NCBI GenBank assembly: GCA_048772705.1
Contig: JBLWGC010000230.1
Location: 1,116,001 to 1,180,000, forward strand
DNA: 64,000 bases
Origin: Leidyana gryllorum EB-2025a
Lineage: Eukaryota; Protista; Apicomplexa
Direction: 5' to 3'
Both the position numbers and the translations under genes were made by a program. Below the pieces are notes generated by a model, which did no database searches, was not told the origin of the DNA, and was given only the letters and a program-made list of their open reading frames with translations. This document shows positions 12,433 through 27,745 of this stretch, piece by piece. How positions within the stretch are numbered: position 1 is the first letter of the stretch; each line of letters begins with the position of its first letter.

Positions 12433-13305
12433 ATGAAAGTTGATGTGGAGGATAAAGGGAAGTATGATGTCGGCATCCGTCGACGTGTAGGGCTCTTTTG
12501 GGTACCATATAGCTGGATATATTTCCTACACCGCCGCTCTGAGCTGCTCTACGACTGGCTTTTATGCGCCGGGGCCCATATCCTCATCAACCTCTTCCTT
12601 TCGTCGAGCTTCGTCCATCAATACCTGGGCGCTGATGGTGGATTCGTGACTACTCTGCGAGAAAGCTGGGCCTTATGGCCTCTCTATTTGATGATCTACA
12701 TTCGTGTCAGAGGAAACTGGTTCCTGCGAGCAACCCAGAATCATCTCATTGTCAGCATTGTTATGCGCAAAGTTCGACAATACTGGCGGAGACGGGTCCG
12801 TAGCCTGGTTGAGCGAACCGAGGGGCCCGGCTATGTCCATCTACGCTCTGTTCCCCCCAAGGCCGCGAAAGACATGATGGGGGATATACGCAATAGCTAT
12901 GAAGTGGTGAAAAGTAGTTCCATATGGCTCCAAACCGGCCTTATGCTCATGTCCACCCCAATACACGCAGTTCCAATCGCAGGACCAGCAATCTATTTTT
13001 GGTTGTACTCTGGACTCAGAGCTCAACGAATGTGCACCATTGTGACAGACTCGGAGAAGACTTGGACACGTGGTTTCAGAGCCATATGGAAAAGACACCA
13101 CTACAAGCGCGTACAATTGCTAGCTTGCGTCCTAGAGATCCTAGAATTGACGCCATACATCGGAGAGGCCATCACACTACTCAATGATATCACCATCTTC
13201 CTGTGGGCGGCCGAGGTCAAGAACCGATTGCGCCTTCATGAACTCACTGTAGACGATGTACGTGCAACTTTGAATCTAAACACCCCGAGGGCTAGTTTGA
13301 CGTGA
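12433..13305 (+). CDS. Membrane protein, EI24/CysZ/Rrt8-Lds-like
   Basis: 290-aa ORF with hydrophobic helices; repeated VPIAGP and LELTPYIG..N....LWAAE pattern resembles the EI24/Rrt8 family. Confidence 0.5.
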   Translation: MKVDVEDKGKYDVGIRRRVGLFWVPYSWIYFLHRRSELLYDWLLCAGAHILINLFLSSSFVHQYLGADGGFVTTLRESWALWPLYLMIYIRVRGNWFLRATQNHLIVSIVMRKVRQYWRRRVRSLVERTEGPGYVHLRSVPPKAAKDMMGDIRNSYEVVKSSSIWLQTGLMLMSTPIHAVPIAGPAIYFWLYSGLRAQRMCTIVTDSEKTWTRGFRAIWKRHHYKRVQLLACVLEILELTPYIGEAITLLNDITIFLWAAEVKNRLRLHELTVDDVRATLNLNTPRASLT

Positions 13306-13466
13306 CTCTTTTCATTCTCTCAGAAGATCGACAGACACTCGTTCTCCATTCGATTCATCTTTTCAGCCCGGAATCGATTTACTCCCAACTCATTTTGCAC
13401 TGTCCAGCAGGTTCGATCAACTCACCACAGGAGTAATTCACACAAAAACTTCCACTTTTCTATACT

Positions 13467-17106
<3,640 letters not shown>

Positions 17107-18349
17107 CTAAAGCAGATCGTTCACTGAGGGCTGTTTGATACCAGTTGCTAAGCAGGAAAGAACAGCCTGATGAACTGCCAATTCACGTCTCATCTCATTC
17201 AGCCCCTCAATGGCTCTTTGATCTGAGTTGAGGAGTTGAATACCTTCAAAAGCACAATCCCACAAGACGAGGCCCTCCGGACCCGCCATTGTGTAGCTTG
17301 GCTTGTGGGGCGTTTTATCTATGTCCAGCCAGTCGCTAATAATGACGGAGGGGCGAAGGTGCTGTCCCACGAGGTACAAGGCTCCCATCATACATCGGAC
17401 CTAAACAGTGGTTGTGAGTGCTGAGGAGCGAGATGTCCCTTTACCTGATGCCACAAAAAGGCCGGTCCCACGACTGTTGCAACAGCGAGCTGGTCGCCTA
17501 GGGTGTGGATGTCGAACTGCAAAACGCGTCTGCGGAAAGTGCGCTGCGAGTCGGGATCTATTTTGCAGAAGTTTCGGAAATCGTGTTCCCCCACAAAGGC
17601 AGAAGCGCCAAGTCTCATCTCGGATATGTCCAAACCCTCAGTTGAGAAGTAATATTTGTAGTGCCTCAGGGAGCAGTGAAACCTAATAAGGTATTTATGT
17701 GGGACGAAGCGGTTGATCTGCCTGCTTACCGAGCGTCGAACCAGAGAGGGACTCGGCCGCAGGCCAAGACACGTACAGTACGTGGGAGCATTGAGTTTAG
17801 AATTCGAACATAGTCATAGTCTTCGCCATCCTTTGCAAGTCGGAGGCGAAGGCAGACATAATTAGAACGTGCGTGCACGCCTCGGTCAGTCCGACCACAT
17901 CGAGAAAAGTTACTGACAAGAAACCGTCAAGTATGGTCAGAGTGTCTGCTGGGGCCCGCTTACCATTCCTCGCGACTTTTGACTAAGTTTGCTCGCAGCA
18001 AGCTGTCGAATAGTACTCCTTCGACGGTGGGGACTGATAAGCCCAAGTCAGTGTTAGTTGCGTGGGACGTGTCCGTGGGGTTTGGGATCCAATCCGGGAG
18101 ATCAGCTCCTTTATTGGGATTAGGCACGACGATCGCCCGTCTCCGTTGCTTCTTAGGGGGCTCTCCAGACTCTTTCTGTTCGAAGAAACTTTGAGAGGCG
18201 CGTGCTGTTTGCCAAGCGAGACCCTACGGCACATTTTTGGGCTTGAGGGTCGGACTTACGAAATAGTGAGTTCCTACATAGGCAATCCTGAGTAGGAATT
18301 GGTCAAAAGTGGCCGTAGACCAGTCGACTCCTTGCCTGCGCTTTGACAT
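17107..18349 (-). CDS. tRNA pseudouridine synthase, TruA family (Pus3/Deg1-like), multi-exon
   Basis: Spliced reading gives IAYVGTHYF|GLAWQ, PTVEGVLF, FSRCGRTDRGVHA, GEHDFRNFCK, AFLWHQV, YTMA. Confidence 0.88.
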
Positions 18350-18406
18350 CAAAAATTTCCCCTTACGCGATATGCCCTGGCGTCTATGCGCTATTTTTGA
18401 TGAACT

Positions 18407-19652
18407 ATGATGCAGCCTGAGGATCTTCTATCACCGCCTGGGAGTGCAAGTTTACTATCACCTTCATCGCCCGGAACGCGCATTCGCGGTCGGAACAATG
18501 ATTCGCTCTTCTACTCACCATTCATATCGCCCGGAACTCCCTCTGTTCAGCGATTAAGATCGGGATCGAGCGCCGCTGATGTCATTCAGAGGTTTGAGTC
18601 AACTCAATCGGCCACTTTTAAGGAGTATAGGTCCTGGAAAGTAAGTGTTTCCGTGTCCCAAATATGTGTCGCGACGACATCCCGCTACTTGTGTACTGCG
18701 ATCATTGAATGGCTCACACTGAGAGCTGGGAGCCTCCCCGAGCCGAGAGACGCCATCTGGAGGGTCGTCTTGGGGGGCGGAGTAGTGGTGAGACTGTCGT
18801 CAGATCGTCAGTACGCGTCGTCCTTTCTTTCAAGTGACAATCCAACTAACCAAAATCTATCTACTCGCTGTGTTATGACTCACTCACATCTGTCTCTCTG
18901 TTCAGGAAACAAAGTGGGGTGAGGACTTGTTGGATGAAGTTGAGTTCGAAGATGACGACATGAACCTGGAACTGTCTCTTCCAACCGTATTTTCGAATCC
19001 TATCATGCCTTCATTAAAGGATTTCTCCGCTGCGTTGGGCTCCATGTTGGAGAGTCTCCAAGCACGGACAATTGCCGTGGCCCTGTCTTTGTGCGACTTG
19101 GTGTTCAGCGCCGAATATTATCTGAGCAGACCGCGCGAGCTTCTGGCGGCTTCTGCAGCAATGGTTGGAGTGTGGATACAGCAGCCACCCACTTGGTTTT
19201 CTCAAAACCTCATGCACTGCGTGGGTGACCCCGCAGAGAAGAAGATCAAAACAATATTGGAGTCACCGAGTTGGCGTGAGGATGATGAGCTGATGCGAGA
19301 CGACGAACAGGATGAAGATGCATGCTCCGTTCGGTCAGCCGGCTCTCAGTTCGCCCGCCACGTGACTCAAGAAGCTGGACGCATTAGGAAGTTGGTATTC
19401 GGCTTCGCATTCGGAATTGCTGCGACAATTTCTTTCGCCCTTGTTTACGTCTTCGCGGCCCTCAGTCTCATGGGCAACGCGTTGCTGCGGTTCCGCCGTT
19501 CTGCGCACACAACCAGCAACACCGTTTGGATCACCCCTTCCCCGCCAGAAACGACAACAGACTCCACTCCCCGTCCCAAGAGGTTCGAACCACAGGTTCA
19601 GAGTGTTTCGCGACTAACCACCCAATGCACTCCACGCCGCCGCGTGGACTGA
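18407..19652 (+). CDS. Hypothetical protein with a C-terminal transmembrane segment
   Basis: ORFs 18407 and 18927 with GTAAGT donor at ~18641 and TTCAG acceptor at ~18905; hydrophobic stretch LVFGFAFGIAATISFALVYVF. Confidence 0.5.
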
Positions 19653-19775
19653 CTGTACTCTCTATACAATCTCCTGAGCGGAAATGTTTCCTATTCACTT
19701 TATGTTGAAGGCAATGATCGATCACACCCTGCTCGCACACTTTCTCTCTGCTCGAAGCGACTATGCACAGAAAAG

Positions 19776-21974
19776 TTACAGCATACACGGTCGGGCTGGA
19801 ACGTCCTCCGGATTCTCTTTTAGGACCACGCGAGCGTCCAAAGCGATAATGCGATCCGGAAGAGCCAGCAGGGGGTTGATCTCGCACTCGACGACATGCT
19901 CGTACAAGTCACAAATCGCAACGGAGAACTTCTGGAGCGTGTCTTCCAGATCCTTCATCGGGCAGCCCTTGAACCGCTCGCCGTGCCCGGGAACCAGAGC
20001 TTTCGCGATCTTGGTCCGCTCAATTAGTCTCTTGCTCTCCTTCTCGTCGAGCGGAGGCACTGACATGGCAGCGTCCTTGAAGACTTCTACGAAGACACCG
20101 CCCGCGCCGAAGAGGACAATCGGGCCGAATTGTACATCGCTGCTGGACCCGGCGAGGAGCTCGACTCCTGACGCAATGTCAAGCATTGGTTGAACGGAGA
20201 CGCCCTGGAAATGATGGGCTCCCAACTTATCCACATTGGTCTTGATATCATTCCACGCTTTCCTCACGCCCTCATCGTCCTTAATGTTCAACTTGACCCC
20301 TCCGACATCAGATTTATGCGTGATTGTCTCGGAATTAAGTTTGATCACACACGGGAAGCGCACTTCGTGTGCAGCTTTAACCGCCTCGTCCGCCGATTGA
20401 CAGACAATCGATTCTGCCACGTCAATTCCATAGTGCTTTAACACAGCTTTAGATTCTGACTCTGTCAAACACTGTCGTTTCTCGTTAGCCGCTTTCTTGA
20501 TAATTTCCAAACTTGCTTCTTTGGCCTTGCCTGTCGCGACTTCAGCCTTGCCAGCCAAATTCTGAGCGTTAACCACTTGCTTGTAGATCAAACCCAAAGC
20601 TTGAGCGGCAATATCGGGCTGGGCAAAGCACGGAATACCGGCATCAATCAAAACACGACGGGAAGAAGCCACTTGATTCCCGCCCATCCACGCACATACC
20701 AAAGTGTGATGACCAAACTTCTCCTTGTTCTTCTGCACAGTCTCAACAATCGCCCGAGCGGTCGGTTCCGGCTCAGTCACGGACTGCGGAGAGAGGATAA
20801 CCAGCATAGACGCGCCTTCGGCCGCGTGGTCGCAGCAAGCCTGGACAGACTTGGCGTAAACATCGGCTTTCGCGTCTCCCAACACATCGATAGGGTTGGC
20901 GTGAGACCATGCAGCAGGCAGGAACCCATTCAGATCTTCGATCATCTTCTCGGACAGATCAACAATCTTAAGACCCGCAATGTCCGCAGCATCAGTACAC
21001 AACACACCGGGACCACCCGCATTTGTCACAATGTAAAGATCGTTGTTCTTAGGACGAGGTTGCATTGCACTGATCAAAGAGATGTTCTGGAGCTCATCAA
21101 TTGTATCCACCACCAAAACGCCAGCTCGCTGCATCACAGCGCAGAATCCATCATGAGATCCCGCCAAGGAACCCGTGTGAGAAACTGCTGCTGCCGCGGC
21201 TGCTGCGGTCTTTCCAGCCTTGATCACGACCAAAGGCTTCTTGTGAGCAACGGCACGAGCGGCCCGAACGAACTCGGCCGCGTTTCCAATAGTTTCCATA
21301 TACATAATAATACACGTCGTCGCCTCGTCATTCCCGAGGTACTCAATCAGATGAGACCACTCAACGTGAGCCATCGAACCAATCGACACAAAAGCGGAGA
21401 ACCCTTGGTGAATGGCTTGAGCCCAGTCCAAAACCGCAGTACACATAGCGCCGGATTGGGAGATAAAGGCCACCGTGCCTTGCTGAGCGCTGCCCGCCGC
21501 AAATGTTGCGTTCATCTGCCAGCGAGGAGCCATCACTCCCAAACAGTTCGGTCCCACAACGGCGATGCCTGCCTTCTTGGCTGTAGCCACCAACTCGTTC
21601 TCCAGTCTTAATCCCTCCTCGCCAACTTCCTTGAACCCGGCAGCAATGACGATCACCACCTTCACAGACTTGTTCTTCGTGCAATCCTCCACCACTGCAT
21701 TGCACTTCGCCGCCGGTGTGATGATGACAACCAACTCGCACTTCCCAGTGTCAATAGCTGACACTGATTTGTAGCACTTCACTCCAAGTACGGTTTCGCG
21801 TGTGGGGTTAACGGGATATACTTCGAACGGGTTGGGCTTCCCAGTAGATTGGTACCCATGCAAGCAATTTTCCAGCGTGGTCCTGCCAACGGAGCCAGCA
21901 CGCTCAGTTGCTCCAACGATTGCCACGCCGGTGGGCTTGAAGAGGGCACGCATATGCTCCTGAGTCACGGCCAT
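19776..21974 (-). CDS. Acetate--CoA ligase (ADP-forming), fused alpha-beta NDP-forming acyl-CoA synthetase
   Basis: CoA-binding GATERAGSVG, GPNCLG, SQSGA, phospho-His SHTGSLAG, TNAGGPG, NPIDVLGDA, ATP-grasp HKSDVGGV, EINPL, ALDAR; intronless. Confidence 0.93.
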   Translation of the reverse strand: MAVTQEHMRALFKPTGVAIVGATERAGSVGRTTLENCLHGYQSTGKPNPFEVYPVNPTRETVLGVKCYKSVSAIDTGKCELVVIITPAAKCNAVVEDCTKNKSVKVVIVIAAGFKEVGEEGLRLENELVATAKKAGIAVVGPNCLGVMAPRWQMNATFAAGSAQQGTVAFISQSGAMCTAVLDWAQAIHQGFSAFVSIGSMAHVEWSHLIEYLGNDEATTCIIMYMETIGNAAEFVRAARAVAHKKPLVVIKAGKTAAAAAAAVSHTGSLAGSHDGFCAVMQRAGVLVVDTIDELQNISLISAMQPRPKNNDLYIVTNAGGPGVLCTDAADIAGLKIVDLSEKMIEDLNGFLPAAWSHANPIDVLGDAKADVYAKSVQACCDHAAEGASMLVILSPQSVTEPEPTARAIVETVQKNKEKFGHHTLVCAWMGGNQVASSRRVLIDAGIPCFAQPDIAAQALGLIYKQVVNAQNLAGKAEVATGKAKEASLEIIKKAANEKRQCLTESESKAVLKHYGIDVAESIVCQSADEAVKAAHEVRFPCVIKLNSETITHKSDVGGVKLNIKDDEGVRKAWNDIKTNVDKLGAHHFQGVSVQPMLDIASGVELLAGSSSDVQFGPIVLFGAGGVFVEVFKDAAMSVPPLDEKESKRLIERTKIAKALVPGHGERFKGCPMKDLEDTLQKFSVAICDLYEHVVECEINPLLALPDRIIALDARVVLKENPEDVPARPCML

Positions 21975-22316
21975 CTTCACACCTTACAATTATGTATATA
22001 TCAGTAGCAGCTACAAGGAGACGAAAGCTGTGTGCCACACACGTTCGAAGGGAGACATCGTGTCTCAATGGACCTTGAGAGAAGAAGAGCGGTCGCCTTG
22101 GGCGTTCTCGTTGGACGTCTTGCAAATTGCCTCCGAAAGTGAGACATTCTAATGTATCGGCTCAAAACTAGACTAGACTGGACACCCGTGGGGCTTTGTC
22201 ACGCTGGCGTCAAGTGCTGCTGCGTCCACGTCCCATAAGTGCGCCTATTGTTTTCACGCGCGGCGGATCTAAGTTGGTGGCAGCAAAGCTCATCTTCTTC
22301 ATCCTGAGACGTCAAC

Positions 22317-25300
22317 TTGTCAGAAATCTGCATTGGGGGCTGGCTAGTCTCCTGGTTCGAAGTTTTTTCACTGATGCTGGTCATAGGGCGGAAGCGCTCG
22401 CAGGTGGGAGAGGTCTTTCTGAGAGCAGTAGTTCGAACTCGGAAGAATAGCTTAGGAGATGCAGTATTCTTCGACTCCGAGCTCCAACCGCTGCTGCCAT
22501 CTGAGGCATGTGATGCAGTCTGCTGCTGGTCATCAGGAGTTGCTTCCCTGGACCTCTTCGACGCTTGCCACCGCATTCTGGACGGCACAGAAGATGAAAG
22601 CGCGTCGGAGTCAACGCTACCCCTCTTCTTGAAACTCATAGAAGAACGGAAGAGCGTAACTACCCAGGAAGAGTCTGAGAGTGTCAGGTCCTTCAAGATA
22701 TTCATGCTTCATCTCAATGATATGCGGAAACAAGGGGATATACCAATACTGATGCCTGCGGCAGCCGCTGAGCGGTGTGAAGAGCTAAGAAATCCCGATA
22801 CCTCCCTGGAATCGTGCAGCTTTATTGAGCTGGTTATCTTTAGGTGAGTTCATCCTGCCACCTGAAAACGATATGCTGATATGCAGTGTGCTGGCCTCCT
22901 CGAGACTGTTCCATGAGTATACTTTTGCCCATCGTAAGAGTCATATGTTGACTCGGAGATGGTTTACCCTGTTGTTTCAACGCATCTTCTCCCCCACCGA
23001 AGGACGGATGTGGGGTGAAGGGGCAGCTCCGTACCCAGTCAAAGACTTCATGAGTAATGACGCTATGCCGGACGTGGATTCGGAGAAGGATTGCGCTTTC
23101 AATGAATGGCTACACCGCGAGTGCAATTGGACATTCGAGAGCGAACCAGTTCAGTTGAGTGCCGAAGATCGCATTCAAATTGCCAGAAGTCTGCCTCCTT
23201 GGTGCTTCCGACCTGAAATCTCAGAGGGGTTCAAGAGAGCTCGGAAGCAGGTCGACTTCCAAGTGTACCGACGCTTCCGGCTCGACGAGCTCCCAGAAGG
23301 CAATGCGCCCTCCAATGACACACCACTGAATCCATATCTATTCAAAATGAGTTACTGTTGCATTGACTACTCCGTCCCGGCATCCAAACAGCGACTGGGT
23401 GCGCTGGTCAGCCACTTCAAACCTGTGGACCGCTGTCCAGTCTTTGCTGTCTTATATCAATTGTTGAGGAACAAGCAAACTGCGGTGGCAGCGCAAATAC
23501 TGCGCTCAATCCGGACCACTCCCGACATAACTTGGCGTGCGTGGGCCACTGAGTGGGTACTCCCTAGAGAGGAAGCTCTGTGGGGAACTGAGCACGGAGG
23601 TAAGGCTGCAGCAGCTATCCGTTCTAAACGAATATGATGGTTCCAGATGTCGATAGTATATGGACTGCGCACCGGTGGACGAGTCGTCAGCCCTTGGACG
23701 CTGTTATGAGATGCGATCTGGGAGATGTGGATCTCTACCGCAGCGCCGAACACAATGCTGCCGGTTTTATGCACCTGGCAGCCTCCTTGTGTCGAATACC
23801 AAACAAGTGGGGAGAAGTTCTAGGGGTTCTTCTCGGTCACACATTTACTCTCTCCTATAGATATCGAAACTTGGCTGGGTTGGAGGACTCGAATGTTGAA
23901 ACAGATGATCTCCTTCCTGTGGCCGAGGGTGAATGCCATGGAATAACAATGATGAAGGTGAGTCTTGTGGGCGCTCTCACTCTCAATCCTTGCGTCGCAG
24001 CTCTTACGGGATGAATATGGGTGCTCTGTGGCTGCCATTGACAGAGATGGCTTGAATCCTTTCGTCTATGCAAGTGTTTCCGGCTGCACAAAGTGCATGG
24101 CCTGGCTATCGCAGAATGAATGTCCCTCAGACACCTTTGACGTCCAGCGCCGCTCGGCGGTAAGTGTGTTTGATTGCCCAGCATTGTCCGGTTTCGCTCA
24201 GTTTTATTGCGCCGCGTGCGTCGGAGAGCTCCGGTCTTGTGAGTGGATTGTGAATAACGGTTTCGAATTCCGTGAGGATCGCTCTGTTCTGGATAGAACA
24301 GCCCTGTGCAAGGCGACGTGGGGAGATTTCGAGGACGTTGTACGGTAAGACTGAGTGGCACGGAGTCGAGACTTTTATCGTTCTTTGTCTCTTGACAGCT
24401 TCTTGTTGAAACTGAATGTGCCGCCCTGTCCATTGGACTCCAAGAATCGTACCCCACTACATACAGCTGTGTGGGGGAACTCGGGAGGCCGTTCAGGGTC
24501 AAAAGTTGTGGGAGCAGAGGCTGCAGCCGAGAGTATTGGGTGTGCCAGAGCCCTTTTGGAAATAGAGGAAGGCCGCAAAGCCTTGTTCATGTATGACATT
24601 GATGGCTGTGCTCCCATCCATATCGCATCGTCCACGAATGCTTACCGGTGTCTCTCACTTCTAGTCGAGCACGGTGCTGATATCAACATGGCAAGCAAGA
24701 CAAGGCTAGGATGGACTGGGCTGATGTGTGCAGCATACCGCGGTCACTTGGAGGCCGTCAAGGAGTTTATCAGACTCGGGGCCAGACTCGATCCTGTTGA
24801 CAGGCACGGACGAACATGCTATGCGTATGCTGTGAAAGGAGGTCACTTGGACGTGCTCGAGTATTTGCTGTCGTTACCGACCCGGCCATTCGACGGTTGG
24901 CAGTGGGCTGTAGATCTGCTGCATTTCGCGGCCATCGAGAGTCAAGTAGATATGACAGAAGTGATTCTGAAGGAACTTCAAGCGGTTGCACCTGCAGGCT
25001 GCAATCTATGGAATCTCAGTCTGCTCGCCTGTGAAGGCTATGTGGACAGAGATGTTGAGACTTTCGATGACAGCGACGACACCGGAATGAAGCCGATCAC
25101 TTTGTCTCCCTTGCACTCTGCTTTCTTTGGACAGAAGATAATTCCGCTGTGTCGCGGCTTATTCAGATCACTGCCCTTCCCACCCTTCCAGGTGTATGAA
25201 GAGGGCGAGACTGAAGAGCCTCCCCCGGACGGTAGTCTGGCCGCATGTGGTATCAGCAGCTTTGTGGCTCTGGACTTCCAAAGCCATGTGCTGCGGTGGA

Positions 25301-27693
25301 AGAAGCGGAAGTTCAGTGCCATCAAAAAGGAAGGTCGATTGGCATTAGTGGCCTCAGGGGACATGCTGTCTACCATAAACCTTCTGATGAAGTTCTACAC
25401 GGACGAGGCTCGAACAAGAGGAAGTGCAGATAACCATCTGGATCTGAGCGAGGCTTACACAGAGATCTGGAACATGGTGACGGCTGCACTGTTGTCGGAT
25501 GAGAAGCGACGTACCGACCAGGATGCGGGAATGATTGTCAGACCCGTCACTTCACCCACTCCCAATGCGACCCAGTCGGGGTACAAGAGCTCCAGTTGTG
25601 CGGCCATAGTGCAGCGACTCGGGATCAGTTATGACTTGTCTCTATGTTCGCCGTCCCGAATGGTCGCCAAAATGTTGTATGCGGGCCCGTTGTACAGTCA
25701 TGAGCTTCAAAAGTTGTCTCGCAACCTCTTTCCGCCCACGAGCTTTGTGCTCAAGACAATGGCACTAATGATCGAGAGGATCAAAGAGGTGCTGCACACT
25801 GAAGGAGGCAGTGGAAGGGAGACCGCGATAGCAAACACTATCTTACGGAAAGTCATCCTCCTCTTTTCAGCTCTCCGCGCACAACAACCTGAAGCATTGG
25901 AGTCTGAGGAGCATGCGCAGGTCTTGTCCAGCTTGAGACATTTCCATACGATGACCGGGGTGGAAGATCAAACGTTACCCAGTCGCTTCACAACAAGCCT
26001 ACGGGACTGCGTTGGTATCTGGGAAGCGCTGGAGATTCAGGGAGAGGCGTACGTTCATCCTTTGTTGGACGCTGTGCTTATGGACAATGAGAATCTGTTC
26101 TATCTCTGTCATTTTGTCTTCGCCGAAGACTCGCACACTCTACGAGAGGGTTGGGCGGATATATTATTGAGCGAAGTGGACGTTTATGACCTCAGCGTCC
26201 CGTGGCAGCGGAAGGCTCGGGAGGCTTGGCTTCAGAAGCAGTGCCTCCCAGCAGAATTGAGAGGGGCCATGCCACTCAACCTGATCAACGTAGCTGCTTG
26301 TCTGGGCAGTTCGCTGGCAGGACATTTGCGAGCGCGGTGCATTGCTCCTGATGAAGTCTGGACCACTGCTGGAAAGGCTGCGCATTTTCTGGGATACATT
26401 GATACAGCAGCTGCATTCGGATACACCACCGACCAGCCAGTGCATCTCCAGCAGCTATTTTGGGCTTGGGATCGTGAGGGGTCTGCTAAGTCCAGTGCAA
26501 GCGACTGGGCTAGTGATCAGGCCAAGCCGGAGATTGTTGTGCGCCGAACGGGAGTTTCTGGTGAGAGTTGGCAGATGGGGAGTCTGGAAGACTGCGAGAT
26601 ATTTGCAAAGACTGCCCGCGAGAACTTCGACCTCCCTGCCTGGAAGATGGATGATCGTCAACATCAATGTACATATGTAGCGGATGCAGAGGCGCTGGAG
26701 ACCGCGGTGGAGCGCATGGGCCAACTGCTTTACTCATCCCGGAGTAAAGTGATGGCTGAGCCAATGGAGCGTTTCTATGAGTCGTGTTTGGGTATTGACT
26801 TGGAGTTTCATGTGGCACCGATGCTCAACAACGACCACTTGGCGCCAGCTTTGCCTCGATCGGCTCCTGGGATGGAGGGCAGTGGAAACACCGAAAAGTC
26901 TACGGATACGAGCGAGTTGCACGAAGAGGAAGCGCGAGCAGTCACATGTTTGATTCAATTTGCAGTTCAAGGGGAGGTGTTCCTGCTCGATCCGTTCTAC
27001 ATCTACAAAGAGTTAGTCGGATGCGACCGGCTTCGAAATATCCTGTCTGACTCTCATATAGTTAAGATAGTTCACAGTGGGAATATGGATCTTCGGAGGC
27101 TATTCGAGGATTTCGACTATCGTTTGTGCAATGTTTTCGACACCTATAGGGTCACAGAGGCATTGAAGGGATGCATAGTGCCGGATCAAGTGGTGGTTCC
27201 CAAAGTTGGGTCGGCGGGGCCTTCTTCTTCGTCTGAAGGACTACGCAGCGGAAGTGGCGAGAGCTATGTGCGGTTGACTCGTGATCGCTGGCAGTGTCTG
27301 AGTGGTATGAGTCAGGGAGACGGCAGGTACGCGTCCTTGGCTGGGTTATGTCGTATGATTCGACCTGGACTGGAGTTGGATAAGACATTCCAGAAACGAG
27401 ACTGGAGAATGAGGCCGCTGCCTCAGGCCATGGTTGAATATGCCGGGCAGGATGCCTCTGTGTTACCGTTCATTGCTTCCCGGCTGATGTATGACATAGC
27501 GGTGGTGTGCGGTGTACGAGGTGATTTGGTGGCACTGGAGACGGCAACTCGATCGTGTGCGAGAATGATTGAGTTGGCCGAGAATAATTCACGTAAATTG
27601 ATGATGGAGAAGCACATTCCTCATCCCTCACTGAGAGATCTCCGCGTATCTATGCCGTGTTTGACTACTGCTCCCAGTCCTGCCAGTACTTGA
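22317..27693 (+). CDS. Large ankyrin-repeat protein with a C-terminal DEDDy 3'-5' exonuclease (RNase D/RRP6-like) domain
   Basis: Ankyrin motifs (RTPLHTAV, APIHIAS, TGLMCAAYRGHLEAV); ExoI GIDLEF, ExoII HSGNMDL, VFDT, ExoIII DWRMRPL..YAGQD; 5' exons and start uncertain. Confidence 0.8.
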
Positions 27694-27745
27694 CGCTCTT
27701 AAACCTACAAGGTGAAAAAAACTTCTTAGGGACCTCCAAACGAGG

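Noticed and set aside
20577-21611. 344-aa ORF antisense to the ACS gene
   Set aside because: Mirror-frame artefact with no motifs
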